Source: an uncultured Bacteroidales bacterium
GTDB lineage: Bacteria > Bacteroidota > Bacteroidia > Bacteroidales > UBA932
Assembly: GCA_946402945.1 (NCBI GenBank)
Contig: CAMIYB010000001.1
Coordinates: 65,427 to 129,426 of the forward strand
Reading direction: 5' to 3'
DNA: 64,000 nt
Part shown: positions 1-9,236 of the stretch, piece by piece
Position numbering within the stretch: position 1 is the first letter of the stretch
How the letters are laid out: each line of letters begins with the position of its first letter
Translations under genes and position numbers: made by a program
The notes under the pieces: model-generated
Seen by the model: only the letters and a program-made list of their open reading frames with translations
The model's database searches: none
Told to the model about the DNA's origin: nothing

Positions 1-1866
1 TTCGTCCATTTCGGCGCAAGCGTCGGCCTCCGGCAGGAAATCACGTTCAGTGTTGCCCGGAGCATCGCGATGGGCGGCGGTTTGGCACTGGTATCCTCCG
101 TGGAAGATGCCGTCTTCACGGGGACCTTCCAGACCACCCTGACCCTGTTGTCCGACGAACAGGTGCCGATCCGCAAGGCCGATCCCCATGTGGGCGTCCA
201 GCAGACGCCGTTTGCGACGTACCGCTCCGACAAGGGTTTCCGCAGCGACGGTGCCGCCCTGCGCTGGGATGTCCGGGACGGAAAGAAGATCACGGTCTAT
301 GTCGATACCCTTTTCTCTCCCTCCTGGCAGGAAGCCATCCGCAAGGGGATCCTCTCGTGGAATCCGGCCTTCGAAGCCATCGGGCTCGGGCGCGTGATCG
401 ATGTCCGTCCGTACCCGTCCTATGGCCGTTTTTCGGTGGATGATCCGCTCGTCTCCACGGTACGGGCCGGCCGGGCCAAGGGCGGGGAAAGACTCCGGGG
501 CTCGATGGTTACGGACATCAGTGCGGGCCGCATCCTTGGCTGCACCATCGTCGTTCCGTCCGGCTATGCCGATGGCGCCGGCGAAAAAGGCCGGATGGGC
601 ATCAGCGACGTCGATGCGCGTTATGCGACTTATGATCCCTCCGACGAGGCGGTCTGTGAGGTGTTGCGCGCGGAAATGATGAAACTTTTCGGCCGGATGC
701 TGGGCCTGAAGGCCAATATGGCCGGTTCGTCCGCCTTCACGCCCGCCCAACTGCGCAGTGCCGACTTTACCCGCGTCAACGGGCTTACCGCTTCGGTGAC
801 GGACAATGTCCTTTTCAATTCCCTGGCCCGGCCGGGCGACCGCCAGAAGGGTGTCGTCACCATCGTCAACCAGATCGGTCCCTATGACCGCTTTGCCATC
901 GACTGGCTCTACCGCATCTTCCCGCAGGGAACGGATGAGACGGAAGCCCTGGCCCGGCTCGTGCGTGAGAAAGCAGGCCGGCGGGAATATCTCTATGTCC
1001 CGCAGATCCAGGGCTATCCCGACTACCGGGGACTTTCCGGTGACCTGGGAAGCGATCCGCTGGCCTCTTATGAAGCGTCCATGGCACGCTTGCGTTTCAT
1101 TGCCCGAGAAGGTGCCTCGTGGTTGCAGGGCGTCAATCCGGAAGAGGATGGTTATCCTGTCATCTTCCCGGAGCGCATCTGGCTTCAGGCCCTGTCTGCC
1201 CAGAATACCCTGATGAACCAGGTGGGCGGCATGGCTTTCCTGGACTTGGAAGGAGGACGTAAGTACCTGCCGCAGAAAGAGTCTGTCCAACGGGCTTGCC
1301 TTGAGCGGGTCCTGGGCGGAGTGGATGACTTCGATTGGCTGGAACAATCGCCCCTGAACCGCATGGCTTCGGCCAATACCGACTATGCTGCCTATTCCCG
1401 TTCCAACATTGTCGCTCCGATGTCGCGGATCGCGGCCGTGGCCATGGCCGAGAAACTCGGCGCTTCCTCCTTCACGGTACGGAACTACCTGGACTGCTTG
1501 ACGGAAGCGTTTGCGGCGCCGGTCCGTGCCGGTAAACTGGCCCCCGGCGCTGAAACGCAACTATCCCGTTATATTGCGATGCTCGCCGGCTTCCATCCGG
1601 TCCTGAAGACCCGCATCCGGGAGCATTTCCACCAAAGTTCCCTCTCCGGGGAAGAGGCGGCCTTCGAAGCGTCGCTGCAGGTCCCGTATGCCGGCGTTCC
1701 CGCCTGGTGTCTGGAAGACCTGCCGGAAGAGGGTTATCTCCAGTTGGAACGGCTTCGCAAGGTCTTGTCAGCCGGCATAGCCGCCGCCCGCAGCGAAGTG
1801 GACCGGGGCAGGATTGCCTACCTGCTCGGAAAAGTGGAGGCGGCCCTTGAACCTGATAAAAAGTGA
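1..1866 (+). CDS. DUF5117/DUF4953 (EcxA-like) zinc-metalloprotease-family protein, 5'-truncated by the window edge; zinc motif degenerate
   Basis: Frame is open from base 1. Family-typical segments ITVYVDTLFSPSWQEAIRKGILSWNPAFEAIG and IGPYDRFAIDWLYR are present. The HExxHxxGxxH position reads MKLFGRMLGLKAN. Confidence 0.8.
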   Translation, partial: FVHFGASVGLRQEITFSVARSIAMGGGLALVSSVEDAVFTGTFQTTLTLLSDEQVPIRKADPHVGVQQTPFATYRSDKGFRSDGAALRWDVRDGKKITVYVDTLFSPSWQEAIRKGILSWNPAFEAIGLGRVIDVRPYPSYGRFSVDDPLVSTVRAGRAKGGERLRGSMVTDISAGRILGCTIVVPSGYADGAGEKGRMGISDVDARYATYDPSDEAVCEVLRAEMMKLFGRMLGLKANMAGSSAFTPAQLRSADFTRVNGLTASVTDNVLFNSLARPGDRQKGVVTIVNQIGPYDRFAIDWLYRIFPQGTDETEALARLVREKAGRREYLYVPQIQGYPDYRGLSGDLGSDPLASYEASMARLRFIAREGASWLQGVNPEEDGYPVIFPERIWLQALSAQNTLMNQVGGMAFLDLEGGRKYLPQKESVQRACLERVLGGVDDFDWLEQSPLNRMASANTDYAAYSRSNIVAPMSRIAAVAMAEKLGASSFTVRNYLDCLTEAFAAPVRAGKLAPGAETQLSRYIAMLAGFHPVLKTRIREHFHQSSLSGEEAAFEASLQVPYAGVPAWCLEDLPEEGYLQLERLRKVLSAGIAAARSEVDRGRIAYLLGKVEAALEPDKK

Positions 1867-1909
1867 TACAACCAATTATATTATTTATTAACCCCAAAAA
1901 CAGTTTTTT

Positions 1910-3934
1910 ATGAAACGATTCTTAACAATCTTCGCAGCCGCGGCCGCCCTGCTGGTGGCCGGTTGCCAGAAGGCCGAAGTCGAGGACAACCTCAACATCG
2001 GTTCATCTACCATCGTGGTCTCGAATGCGGGTGCCACGCAGGACATCGTTTTCACGGCCAACGCCGACTGGACCATCGCTTCCGACCAGGCCTGGGTCAC
2101 GTTTGACCGTGAGAAGGGCGCCGCCGGCAAGGTGACGGTCACCCTGACCATCGCCGCCAACGAAGGCACCGATGACCGTAGCGCCAAAGTGACGGTGAAG
2201 GCCGGCACCAAGGAGACCGTCTTCAATATCGAGCAGAAAGCGCTGACCGGTTTTGAGTCCGTCATCGTTTACAACATCGACGAGAAGGCCCAGGACATCA
2301 CCATCGCGGTCAAGTACAATGTCGATTACAAGGTCGTCGTCGCCGAGGACAGCCCCTGGCTGACCGTGACCAAGACCAAGGCCGCCCCGGTGGAAGGTTC
2401 CATCGTCGTCCGCGCCGCTGCCAACAGCCAGCTCGGTTCCCGTGAGGGTTCCTTCGCGATTGTCGGAGACAACTTCTCCCAGACCTACAAGGTTGTTCAG
2501 AGCGCTGCCTGGACGCCTACTGTCAAGGCTTCCGGCCGTTTTCTCGGCCGTCGTGAATACCTCTATAAGGATAATGCCTATCAGACGGCAGAGCAGTTTG
2601 CCGTGGATCTGGAGACGGAAGAGGGCGATGTCATCACGCTTGTCCTCAATATCGGTGATGGGGTAGAAGATCCGCTGGCTGTTCCTGTCGGCTCCTATGT
2701 GGCCGACGAAGGCGGCACCTTGGAAGCGGGTACTTTTGCCATCAAGGGTAACAATAAATTCTATACGGGAATTGTCACGGCGAAAGGCTCCGACGTCTCT
2801 ATCGAGGATGGCGAGGTGACGGTTGCCGACGAAGGCGACGAGGTGTCCATCACCGCCGCTCTGGTTGACAATAACGGTGTCACCTGGTCCTATAGTTATG
2901 CCGGTGCTTTCGCTTCCGTCAAGGACGATTTCGAGGTGATGACCATCCCGAGTGCCGACAAGCCCAAGTTCAATTCCTGCACGAATACGTACTATAAGAC
3001 CAAGGCGAATGAATGGACCATTACGTTCTGGGCAACGGCCGCTCCTTCCGAGGGCGTTCCGGCTCTCGCTTACATCCCTGTAACGCTCTATTCTGAGGCC
3101 GGTGACCCTGCCTCGCTTGAGATACCGGAAGGCACCTACACCTTTACCGACGTTGAACTTGACTATAGCAAAAACGGCAATTCCGATTTCGAGCCCGGCA
3201 CCTTTACGATCAGTATGAATACCAGCGATCAGATTTTCTATAAGGTTCTCAATAAGGACGCCACGCTGACGCTGACCAAGAACGAGGACGGGACGTACAA
3301 ATTTGACCTCAGGGCCAAGATCGGTGACGGTTATTACTTCGATGCTGATTATAATCAGGTTAATGTCGACGGAACCTATGATTACCACGCTGCATGGGAC
3401 AACGTCGTCATCCCGGAGGCTGAAGAAGGCGTGAAGCCGTATCCGGATGTCGACACAGAATTTAAAACAGTAATGACCACTCAGGTTGTATGGGTTGGAA
3501 CGCCGATCAGCGACAAGAATTTATTCTTTGTTTCCTTCTCTAGTGTTGACTGGAATTTCACTGCAAACTTTGCGCTGTGCGTTGATAAAGAGGCCTGGGA
3601 GTTTGTGCCCATGGAAGGGAGGACGAGTTATACCGAAGAGCCTGTTCCTGATGGTGTTTACAAGTTTAGTAAAACTCCTGGTAACAAGACATTGATTCCG
3701 GTTACTCGTGGTGCAACCGCCTATTATAGCATCGCTAATTCCTGGACGGGGACTACATCTCTCCTTACCGGAGGAACCTTGGAGCTTAAGAACGGTTCGG
3801 CAATCTTCAATCTTGAGGCAAAAGCCGGTGAAAATACGATAAAATTCACAGGAACCCTTCCCTTTGCTCCCGCTTACGGCATGATCAGAGACCGCAGCGC
3901 GTGGGCGTCTAGCGTGACGTTAGTGACTGAATAA
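1910..3934 (+). CDS. BACON-domain surface lipoprotein
   Basis: Lipobox LLVAGC and two BACON-like repeats (WTIASDQAWVTF...ANEGTDDRSAKVTV; SPWLTV...ANSQLGSREG), followed by a long beta-rich C-terminal region. Confidence 0.85.
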   Translation: MKRFLTIFAAAAALLVAGCQKAEVEDNLNIGSSTIVVSNAGATQDIVFTANADWTIASDQAWVTFDREKGAAGKVTVTLTIAANEGTDDRSAKVTVKAGTKETVFNIEQKALTGFESVIVYNIDEKAQDITIAVKYNVDYKVVVAEDSPWLTVTKTKAAPVEGSIVVRAAANSQLGSREGSFAIVGDNFSQTYKVVQSAAWTPTVKASGRFLGRREYLYKDNAYQTAEQFAVDLETEEGDVITLVLNIGDGVEDPLAVPVGSYVADEGGTLEAGTFAIKGNNKFYTGIVTAKGSDVSIEDGEVTVADEGDEVSITAALVDNNGVTWSYSYAGAFASVKDDFEVMTIPSADKPKFNSCTNTYYKTKANEWTITFWATAAPSEGVPALAYIPVTLYSEAGDPASLEIPEGTYTFTDVELDYSKNGNSDFEPGTFTISMNTSDQIFYKVLNKDATLTLTKNEDGTYKFDLRAKIGDGYYFDADYNQVNVDGTYDYHAAWDNVVIPEAEEGVKPYPDVDTEFKTVMTTQVVWVGTPISDKNLFFVSFSSVDWNFTANFALCVDKEAWEFVPMEGRTSYTEEPVPDGVYKFSKTPGNKTLIPVTRGATAYYSIANSWTGTTSLLTGGTLELKNGSAIFNLEAKAGENTIKFTGTLPFAPAYGMIRDRSAWASSVTLVTE

Positions 3935-3954
3935 TCCTCTCTGAATTTATGCAT

Positions 3955-3988
3955 AAGGGAGTAGCCTGTTTTGGGCTACTCCCTTTTT
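3955..3988 (+). terminator. Rho-independent terminator
   Basis: 12-bp stem AAGGGAGTAGCC/GGCTACTCCCTT followed by a T run, 21 nt after the stop codon. Confidence 0.85.
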
Positions 3989-4003
3989 CCGTAGTTCCTG
4001 ATA

Positions 4004-4028
4004 GATGTTTCGCTTCGCAAGGAATGAC
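4004..4028. repeat. Degenerate REP-like element (GAT...GGAATGAC, 25 nt)
   Basis: GATGTTTCGCTTCGCAAGGAATGAC has the same length, ends and position (just after a minus-strand stop codon) as the palindromes at 55239-55305. Confidence 0.4.
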
Positions 4029-4032
4029 ACCC

Positions 4033-4455
4033 TTACCACTCCGAGATGGGGGCACCGGCGGCGATGTTGGGCGAGGAGACCGAGATGATGCGGTCCACGA
4101 CGGTTTTCTGCATACCGCGCCAGGGGAGGGCGCCGAGATATTCCTTGTAGTGGAGTTCGACGGTCTTTCCGCTCAGGCGCATCAGGGAATCGGCCACGGC
4201 CGGATTCTCCACGGAGAATTCGAAGGTGTAGGATTCGATGGAGGTGCCGCTGCCGGCCGCACGGCCCCGGACGCCGCTCATGATCAGCCGGCCTTCATAG
4301 GTCTTGAACACGTAGCCCTTGAGCATGAACTGGTTGAGTTCGCCGGCCTTGACGCCGTCGCCGAACACGAAATAGAACTTGAAGAAGATGAAACCTGCCA
4401 GGACGAGGGCCAGCAGCAGGCTTCCGACGAAGATGACTCTGCCTTTGATTTTCAT
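4033..4455 (-). CDS. Conserved Bacteroidota membrane-anchored hypothetical protein (140 aa)
   Basis: True start is MKIKGRV at 4455 inside the longer listed ORF. N-terminal TM helix; motifs GVKAGELN, KGYVFKTYEG, FEFSV, LHYKEY, LPWRG. Confidence 0.8.
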   Translation of the reverse strand: MKIKGRVIFVGSLLLALVLAGFIFFKFYFVFGDGVKAGELNQFMLKGYVFKTYEGRLIMSGVRGRAAGSGTSIESYTFEFSVENPAVADSLMRLSGKTVELHYKEYLGALPWRGMQKTVVDRIISVSSPNIAAGAPISEW

Positions 4456-4515
4456 GGTATGGTTTGCGCTTTGGTTTCTGCGGATAAAGGTAGCAATTTT
4501 CCGGAAAAAATTATG

Positions 4516-4523
4516 TAGATTTG
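4516..4523 (+). promoter_or_regulatory. Bacteroidota sigma-A -7 element (TAGATTTG), 4 nt before ATG 4528
   Basis: Matches the TAnnTTTG consensus in an AT-rich divergent intergenic region. Confidence 0.65.
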
Positions 4524-4527
4524 CACT

Positions 4528-5808
4528 ATGATCGTGAAATCTTTTCTCCTCGGGCGCGACCTGCTCGCCCAGATCGCCCCGCTCTGTCCCGCCGGAACCG
4601 TCGCCGTCGTCCGTCCGGAAAAGGAGGTCGAAGGCCTCTTCCAGGCCGCCATCCGTGCCGCCATCGTCGAGAAGCAGCCCTCCCGGGCTCCCTTCCCGGC
4701 CATCCGGGACTATTTCGACGCCCTCTCGTCCGATGCGGACTACCGCCAGGTGGTGGACCGTACGCTCCAGTCCGTTTCGTCTTACCTGAGCGAAGGGATG
4801 TATGTCCAGACCTCGGTCCGTTCCATCGAGGACTATGTCATGGCCAAATGCGCCCGCCTCTGCGCCGAAGCGCTCGCCCGCCGGACAGGCGCCGTCCTGA
4901 TCGACGGGACGGAACTGATGATCTGCCATGACGGGGGCCTGCGTCCTTTCGTGGACTGGACCCTGTCCCGCGCCCAGATTTCCGATCGCCTCTCGGGGCT
5001 GGACCGGGTCGTCATCCCCGGCGGATACGGCCGGCTGGACTCCGGCTACGTGGTCCGTATCGGCCGCGGCGGCGCCCATGTGATGACCTCGCTCGTGGCT
5101 TCGGCCATCGGCGCCGAGCGGATCGAGTGCTATGTGGGCGTGGACGGCATCGCCGGCCTGCCGGCCCTGTCTTATGACGAGGCGGCCCACTACTGCGCTT
5201 CCCCGGCGGCGCCATTCCCTTCGGTGGCCCTGTGGCCGGCCAAAAGGGACGGCATTCCCATCCTCGTGCGCAACCTCTGCCGCCCGGACTTCCCCGGCAC
5301 GGTCATTTCCGCGGCCGGTTCCGCCGGCCACGGCGTGGTGTCGGGCGTGCTCTGCGACGGGGACCTGGTGCTGCTGACGGTCTATGGGACCGGTCTGCTG
5401 GGCCAGGTAGGCCTTTCTTCGGCCGTTTTCTCGGCCATGGCCGGGGCCGGCGTCAATGTGCGCTTCATCTCCCAGTCCTCGTCGGAATACAGCATCAGTT
5501 TCGCCGTCCGGCCGGAAGACCGCGACAAGGCCCTGGACGCCGTGGGCGCCCTGGTCGTCAGCAATCCGCAGATGCCGCAGGACGATGTGATGGTGCTGGA
5601 CCGCGAGGTGGCCATCCTCACCGTCTTCGGCGACCGCATGAAAAATGTTCCCGGGGTATCCGCCAGGGTCTATGACGCCCTCGGGAAAGCCGGCGTGAGC
5701 GTCGTCGCTTCCGCCCAGGGCGGGGAAGAACTCAGCATCTCCGTCGCCGTGGCGCTGGAAGAGGCCGATGCCGCCCGGAAGGCCCTGGAAGCCCTCTCCT
5801 GCCGCTAA
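4528..5808 (+). CDS. Aspartokinase-like protein with two ACT domains; kinase motifs degenerate
   Basis: GRGG, LSYDEA and IPILVRN...PGTVIS segments plus ThrA-type ACT repeats (ISQSSSEYSISFAV; AQGGEELSISVAV). KFGG and the TDVDG/DPR motifs are absent. Confidence 0.8.
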   Translation: MIVKSFLLGRDLLAQIAPLCPAGTVAVVRPEKEVEGLFQAAIRAAIVEKQPSRAPFPAIRDYFDALSSDADYRQVVDRTLQSVSSYLSEGMYVQTSVRSIEDYVMAKCARLCAEALARRTGAVLIDGTELMICHDGGLRPFVDWTLSRAQISDRLSGLDRVVIPGGYGRLDSGYVVRIGRGGAHVMTSLVASAIGAERIECYVGVDGIAGLPALSYDEAAHYCASPAAPFPSVALWPAKRDGIPILVRNLCRPDFPGTVISAAGSAGHGVVSGVLCDGDLVLLTVYGTGLLGQVGLSSAVFSAMAGAGVNVRFISQSSSEYSISFAVRPEDRDKALDAVGALVVSNPQMPQDDVMVLDREVAILTVFGDRMKNVPGVSARVYDALGKAGVSVVASAQGGEELSISVAVALEEADAARKALEALSCR

Positions 5809-5825
5809 ACCAAAACGAACCCGCC

Positions 5826-6221
5826 ATGTCCGATACCGCCCGACTCGACAAATACCTCTGGTCCATCCGGCTCTACAAGACGCGGAGCGAGGCGACAGAC
5901 GCCTGCAACGGCAACAAAGTCAAACTCAACGGCGCCCCCGCCAAGCCTTCCAAAGGCGTGAAGGTGGGCGACCTGCTGGAAGTCCGCAAGGGACTCGTGC
6001 TCTATACTTATAAGGTCAAGGCCCTGCTGGAAAAGCGGGTCGGTGCGCCGCTGGTCCCGACCTATGCCGACGACCTCACCCCCGAGGCGGAACGCGCCAA
6101 AACCAAAGCCCCCGTCGAAACCTTCTTCGTGCGGCGTGACCGGGGAGCCGGCCGGCCGACCAAAAAGGAACGGCGGGAGATGGATCAGGCCTGGGACAGC
6201 CTCTACGACGGGATCGATTAA
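5826..6221 (+). CDS. hslR: Ribosome-associated heat shock protein Hsp15 (S4 domain)
   Basis: [18 protein letters not shown] and C-terminal [11 protein letters not shown]. Confidence 0.92.
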   Translation: MSDTARLDKYLWSIRLYKTRSEATDACNGNKVKLNGAPAKPSKGVKVGDLLEVRKGLVLYTYKVKALLEKRVGAPLVPTYADDLTPEAERAKTKAPVETFFVRRDRGAGRPTKKERREMDQAWDSLYDGID

Positions 6222-6772
6222 TCCTTGAAATAGCGTTTCAGCAAGCCGTAGAAACCGGCACCGTGACGGGCTTCGTCCTTGGCCATCTCATGGACGGTGT
6301 CGTGGACGGCGTCGTAACCGAGCTGCTTGGCGCGGGTGGCGATGGCCAGTTTGCCCTCGCAGGCGCCGGCCTCGGCCTGGTAGCGTTTCTCCAGGTTGGT
6401 CTTGGTGTCCCAGACGCATTCGCCCAGGAGTTCGGCGAACTTGGCGGCGTGCTCGGCCTCTTCGAAGGCATAGCGCTTGAAGGCATCGGCAATCTCCGGA
6501 TAGCCTTCCCGTTCGGCCTGGCGGCTCATGGCCAGGTACATGCCCACTTCGGAGCATTCCCCGTTGAAATGGTCACGCAGGCCCTGGAGGACCTCGGCGT
6601 CTTCGACCTTGCCGTCACCGATGTGGTGCTCGCAGGCCCATTGCGGCTTTTCGCCGTCATCCTTGATTTCGACGAACTTGCTGGCAGGGACCTTGCACTG
6701 GGGGCAGCGCTCCGGCGGGTTCTCGCCTTCGTAGACATAGCCACAGACGAGGCATCTGAATTTCTTCTTCAT
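6218..6772 (-). CDS. Reverse rubrerythrin / NADH peroxidase
   Basis: N-terminal rubredoxin CxxCG...CPxC followed by a ferritin-like domain with EAEH and EARH di-iron motifs. Confidence 0.92.
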   Translation of the reverse strand: MKKKFRCLVCGYVYEGENPPERCPQCKVPASKFVEIKDDGEKPQWACEHHIGDGKVEDAEVLQGLRDHFNGECSEVGMYLAMSRQAEREGYPEIADAFKRYAFEEAEHAAKFAELLGECVWDTKTNLEKRYQAEAGACEGKLAIATRAKQLGYDAVHDTVHEMAKDEARHGAGFYGLLKRYFKD

Positions 6773-6781
6773 AATAATGGA

Positions 6782-7942
6782 TTAGGGGTTGGTTGGTTCA
6801 GGATTACTGTCGGCTCCGACCTCGCCGGCGTCGTTTCCGAGGGGGGCGTCCGCCCCGGACTTGTCCCCGCCGTCATTTGCGGAAGGATCGGAGATCATCG
6901 GCAGGCGGATGCCCTTGCGCTGGCGCTGACGCTGGGTCCAGCGTTCGCGGGCATACTGCTGCATGTCGGTGTAGGCGTCGTTCTCATCGATGATTTCCAG
7001 CCCGAGGATGGTCTCGATGATGTCCTCGAGGGTCAGGATGCCCTGGAAACAGCCGTAATCGTCGATAATCAGGGCAATCTGGTCCTTGGTCTTCAGCAGC
7101 GACTCCCAGATGTCTCCCACGGAGGTTTCCTCGTTGAAGAGGGTGATGTCGCGCTTGATCTGGCCGAGGGTCGTATTGAATTTGTCTTCGGCCAGGCGCT
7201 CCAGGATGTCGTAGCGGAGCACGTAGCCCGTGATGTATTCGGGTGACTCCTGCCAGACGGGGATGCGGGAGTAGTGCGAAAGGTCTTCGTTGCGGTAGAA
7301 CTCGCTCAGGGTCATGGACTCGGGGGCGATGGCGGCGACCACGCGCGGGGTCATGACGTCGTAGGCCTTGACGTCGTCCAGCCGCATGATGTTCTGGATG
7401 ACCTTGTTCTCGCTCTTGTCGAGCACGCCTTCCTCTTCGCCGATGTTGGCCATGGCGGACACTTCTTCGCGGCTGACGGTCGGGTCTTCCTCGTCGGGGC
7501 TGACCACTTTGCTGATGAAGCGGATAAGGATCACCAGCGGATAGAGGATCCAGATGAGGAACTGGATGATGCGGGCCACCCAGGTCAGGCGCTTCCAGTA
7601 GGAGGTGCCGATGGTCTTCGGGATGATCTCCGCAAAGATGAGGATGAGGATGGTGACGATCACGGAGATGAGGCCGAACCACTCGCTTCCGAAAACCAGG
7701 GTGCTCTGGCGGCCGACGCCGGCGGCGCCGATGGTATTGGCGATGGTGTTGAGCGAAAGGATGGCCGCGATGGGCTTGTCGATATTGTCTTTCAGGCGCA
7801 GGAACAGGGCCGCGTTCTTGTTGCCATCCTCCTGGAGCATCGTCAGATAGGATACCGGCGTGGTCAGGAGGACCGACTCCAGGACAGAGCAGATGAACGA
7901 AATGCCCATCGCGCCGAAGAGAAAGAGAAGAAGCAGACCCAT
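6782..7942 (-). CDS. CNNM/CorC (hemolysin-family) membrane protein with CBS domains
   Basis: AILSLNTIANTIG, EIIPKTIG, VMTPR, YSRIPV, DDYG...TLEDIIETILG. Start placed at MGLLL (7942), downstream of a TATCTTTG element. Confidence 0.9.
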   Translation of the reverse strand: MGLLLLFLFGAMGISFICSVLESVLLTTPVSYLTMLQEDGNKNAALFLRLKDNIDKPIAAILSLNTIANTIGAAGVGRQSTLVFGSEWFGLISVIVTILILIFAEIIPKTIGTSYWKRLTWVARIIQFLIWILYPLVILIRFISKVVSPDEEDPTVSREEVSAMANIGEEEGVLDKSENKVIQNIMRLDDVKAYDVMTPRVVAAIAPESMTLSEFYRNEDLSHYSRIPVWQESPEYITGYVLRYDILERLAEDKFNTTLGQIKRDITLFNEETSVGDIWESLLKTKDQIALIIDDYGCFQGILTLEDIIETILGLEIIDENDAYTDMQQYARERWTQRQRQRKGIRLPMISDPSANDGGDKSGADAPLGNDAGEVGADSNPEPTNP

Positions 7943-7987
7943 AATGGTACAAAGATACGCCAAATGCGGCGAAAAAGCAAGGTCGTG

Positions 7988-9232
7988 TCAGTCTTTGTGG
8001 AAGAGGTCGCGTGCGGGCATTTTGTCGGACCAGCCTTCGCGCAGGGCGCGGAACAGGCCTGCATGGTAGCGGGACAGCCCCGGGCCCTTCCAGGTGGAGG
8101 TGTTGGTGACGAGGATCCAGCATTCCCCGTCGGGGAAATACTTGACCAGCGCGCTGGTCCCCGAGAAGGAACCGCTGCGCATCCAGCCCGAGTCGGGCTT
8201 GGTGTCGTTCCAGCCGAGGGAATAGGTCTCGGCGTCGAAGTATTCGGTCATCGCCGCCAGGCTCGCCGGGGAGATGATGTCCGGGATGCCGGGCCGCCCG
8301 TCGATGGCGGCCACCAGGCGCATGAGTTCCGGCACGGAGGCGACCCAGGCGCCGGCGCCCTGGAGCGTGCGGATGTCGTTGCCCCCGTAGCAGCGGGTCA
8401 CCATGCGGCCGCTGTTGTTGTATTCCGGGACGGGTTCCTCGTTCACCGGTACGTAATAGCGCGCCTCACCCGGCTGACGGTCCTTGTAGTAGTTGCCGGC
8501 GATGTAGAAATCCCGGCAACCGGCCTTTTCCACCACCTCGCGCCGGATGAAATCTTCGTAGGACAGGCCGCTGACCCTTTCGATGACCAGGCTGAGAATC
8601 AGGTAGCCCAGGTTGGAATAGGCCTGGGAAGTGCCGGGGACGAAGGACAGGTTGCGCTTCAGGGCGCAGCGGACCAGGGCCGGTCCGTCCGGCGGGGCGC
8701 TGAGGCCGTTGGCAGCCATCACGCTGCGGGTCGAGAACAGGGGGTCGGCGCTGTACACCTTGAAGCCGCCCTTGTGGCGCAGCAGGTCCTCGACGGTGAT
8801 TTTGTAGTAGTTCTTGTCCTTGATGACCTCGTCGTATTCGGGCAGGATGCCCCGCTCGCCGAAGACGGTGTCGCGGAGGGAGAGTATTCCCTGCTCCTGC
8901 AGCACCATGACGCCGACGGCGGTGATGAGTTTCGAGACGGAGGCCAGGCGCAGCAGGGTGGACGGTTCCATCTTCGTCCGCCGGGCCTCGTCGGCCCAGC
9001 CGTAGCCTTTGGCCAGGAGGAGGGAATCGCCGCGCATGACGGCCAGCGACAGGCCCTTGATCTGCCATTGCTGCATGTAGGCCGTCACCTTCTTGTCGAG
9101 CCCCTTGAGTTCGGCGATGTCGGACTGGGCGTTGCTGAGGCTGCGGTTCAGATCGACGTCTTTCTTTCCGCGGCCGGAGGCCAACAGGGAAAAGAGCGAG
9201 AGCAGGACAAGGAGGAAGATTCTGTGTTTCAT
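7988..9232 (-). CDS. Serine hydrolase, beta-lactamase/PBP-like family, secreted
   Basis: SxxK (ASVSK), LLRHKGG and YSN motifs; N-terminal signal peptide. Confidence 0.9.
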   Translation of the reverse strand: MKHRIFLLVLLSLFSLLASGRGKKDVDLNRSLSNAQSDIAELKGLDKKVTAYMQQWQIKGLSLAVMRGDSLLLAKGYGWADEARRTKMEPSTLLRLASVSKLITAVGVMVLQEQGILSLRDTVFGERGILPEYDEVIKDKNYYKITVEDLLRHKGGFKVYSADPLFSTRSVMAANGLSAPPDGPALVRCALKRNLSFVPGTSQAYSNLGYLILSLVIERVSGLSYEDFIRREVVEKAGCRDFYIAGNYYKDRQPGEARYYVPVNEEPVPEYNNSGRMVTRCYGGNDIRTLQGAGAWVASVPELMRLVAAIDGRPGIPDIISPASLAAMTEYFDAETYSLGWNDTKPDSGWMRSGSFSGTSALVKYFPDGECWILVTNTSTWKGPGLSRYHAGLFRALREGWSDKMPARDLFHKD

Positions 9233-9236
9233 GCGA

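Noticed and set aside
1910-3934. Diversity-generating retroelement target
   Set aside because: No template/variable repeat pair or reverse transcriptase was seen in the window.
4456-5331. N-terminal extensions of listed ORFs (also those starting at 12839, 14485, 18469, 24758, 49346 and 54825)
   Set aside because: They overlap neighbouring genes, tRNAs or promoters; downstream ATGs fit family N-termini better.
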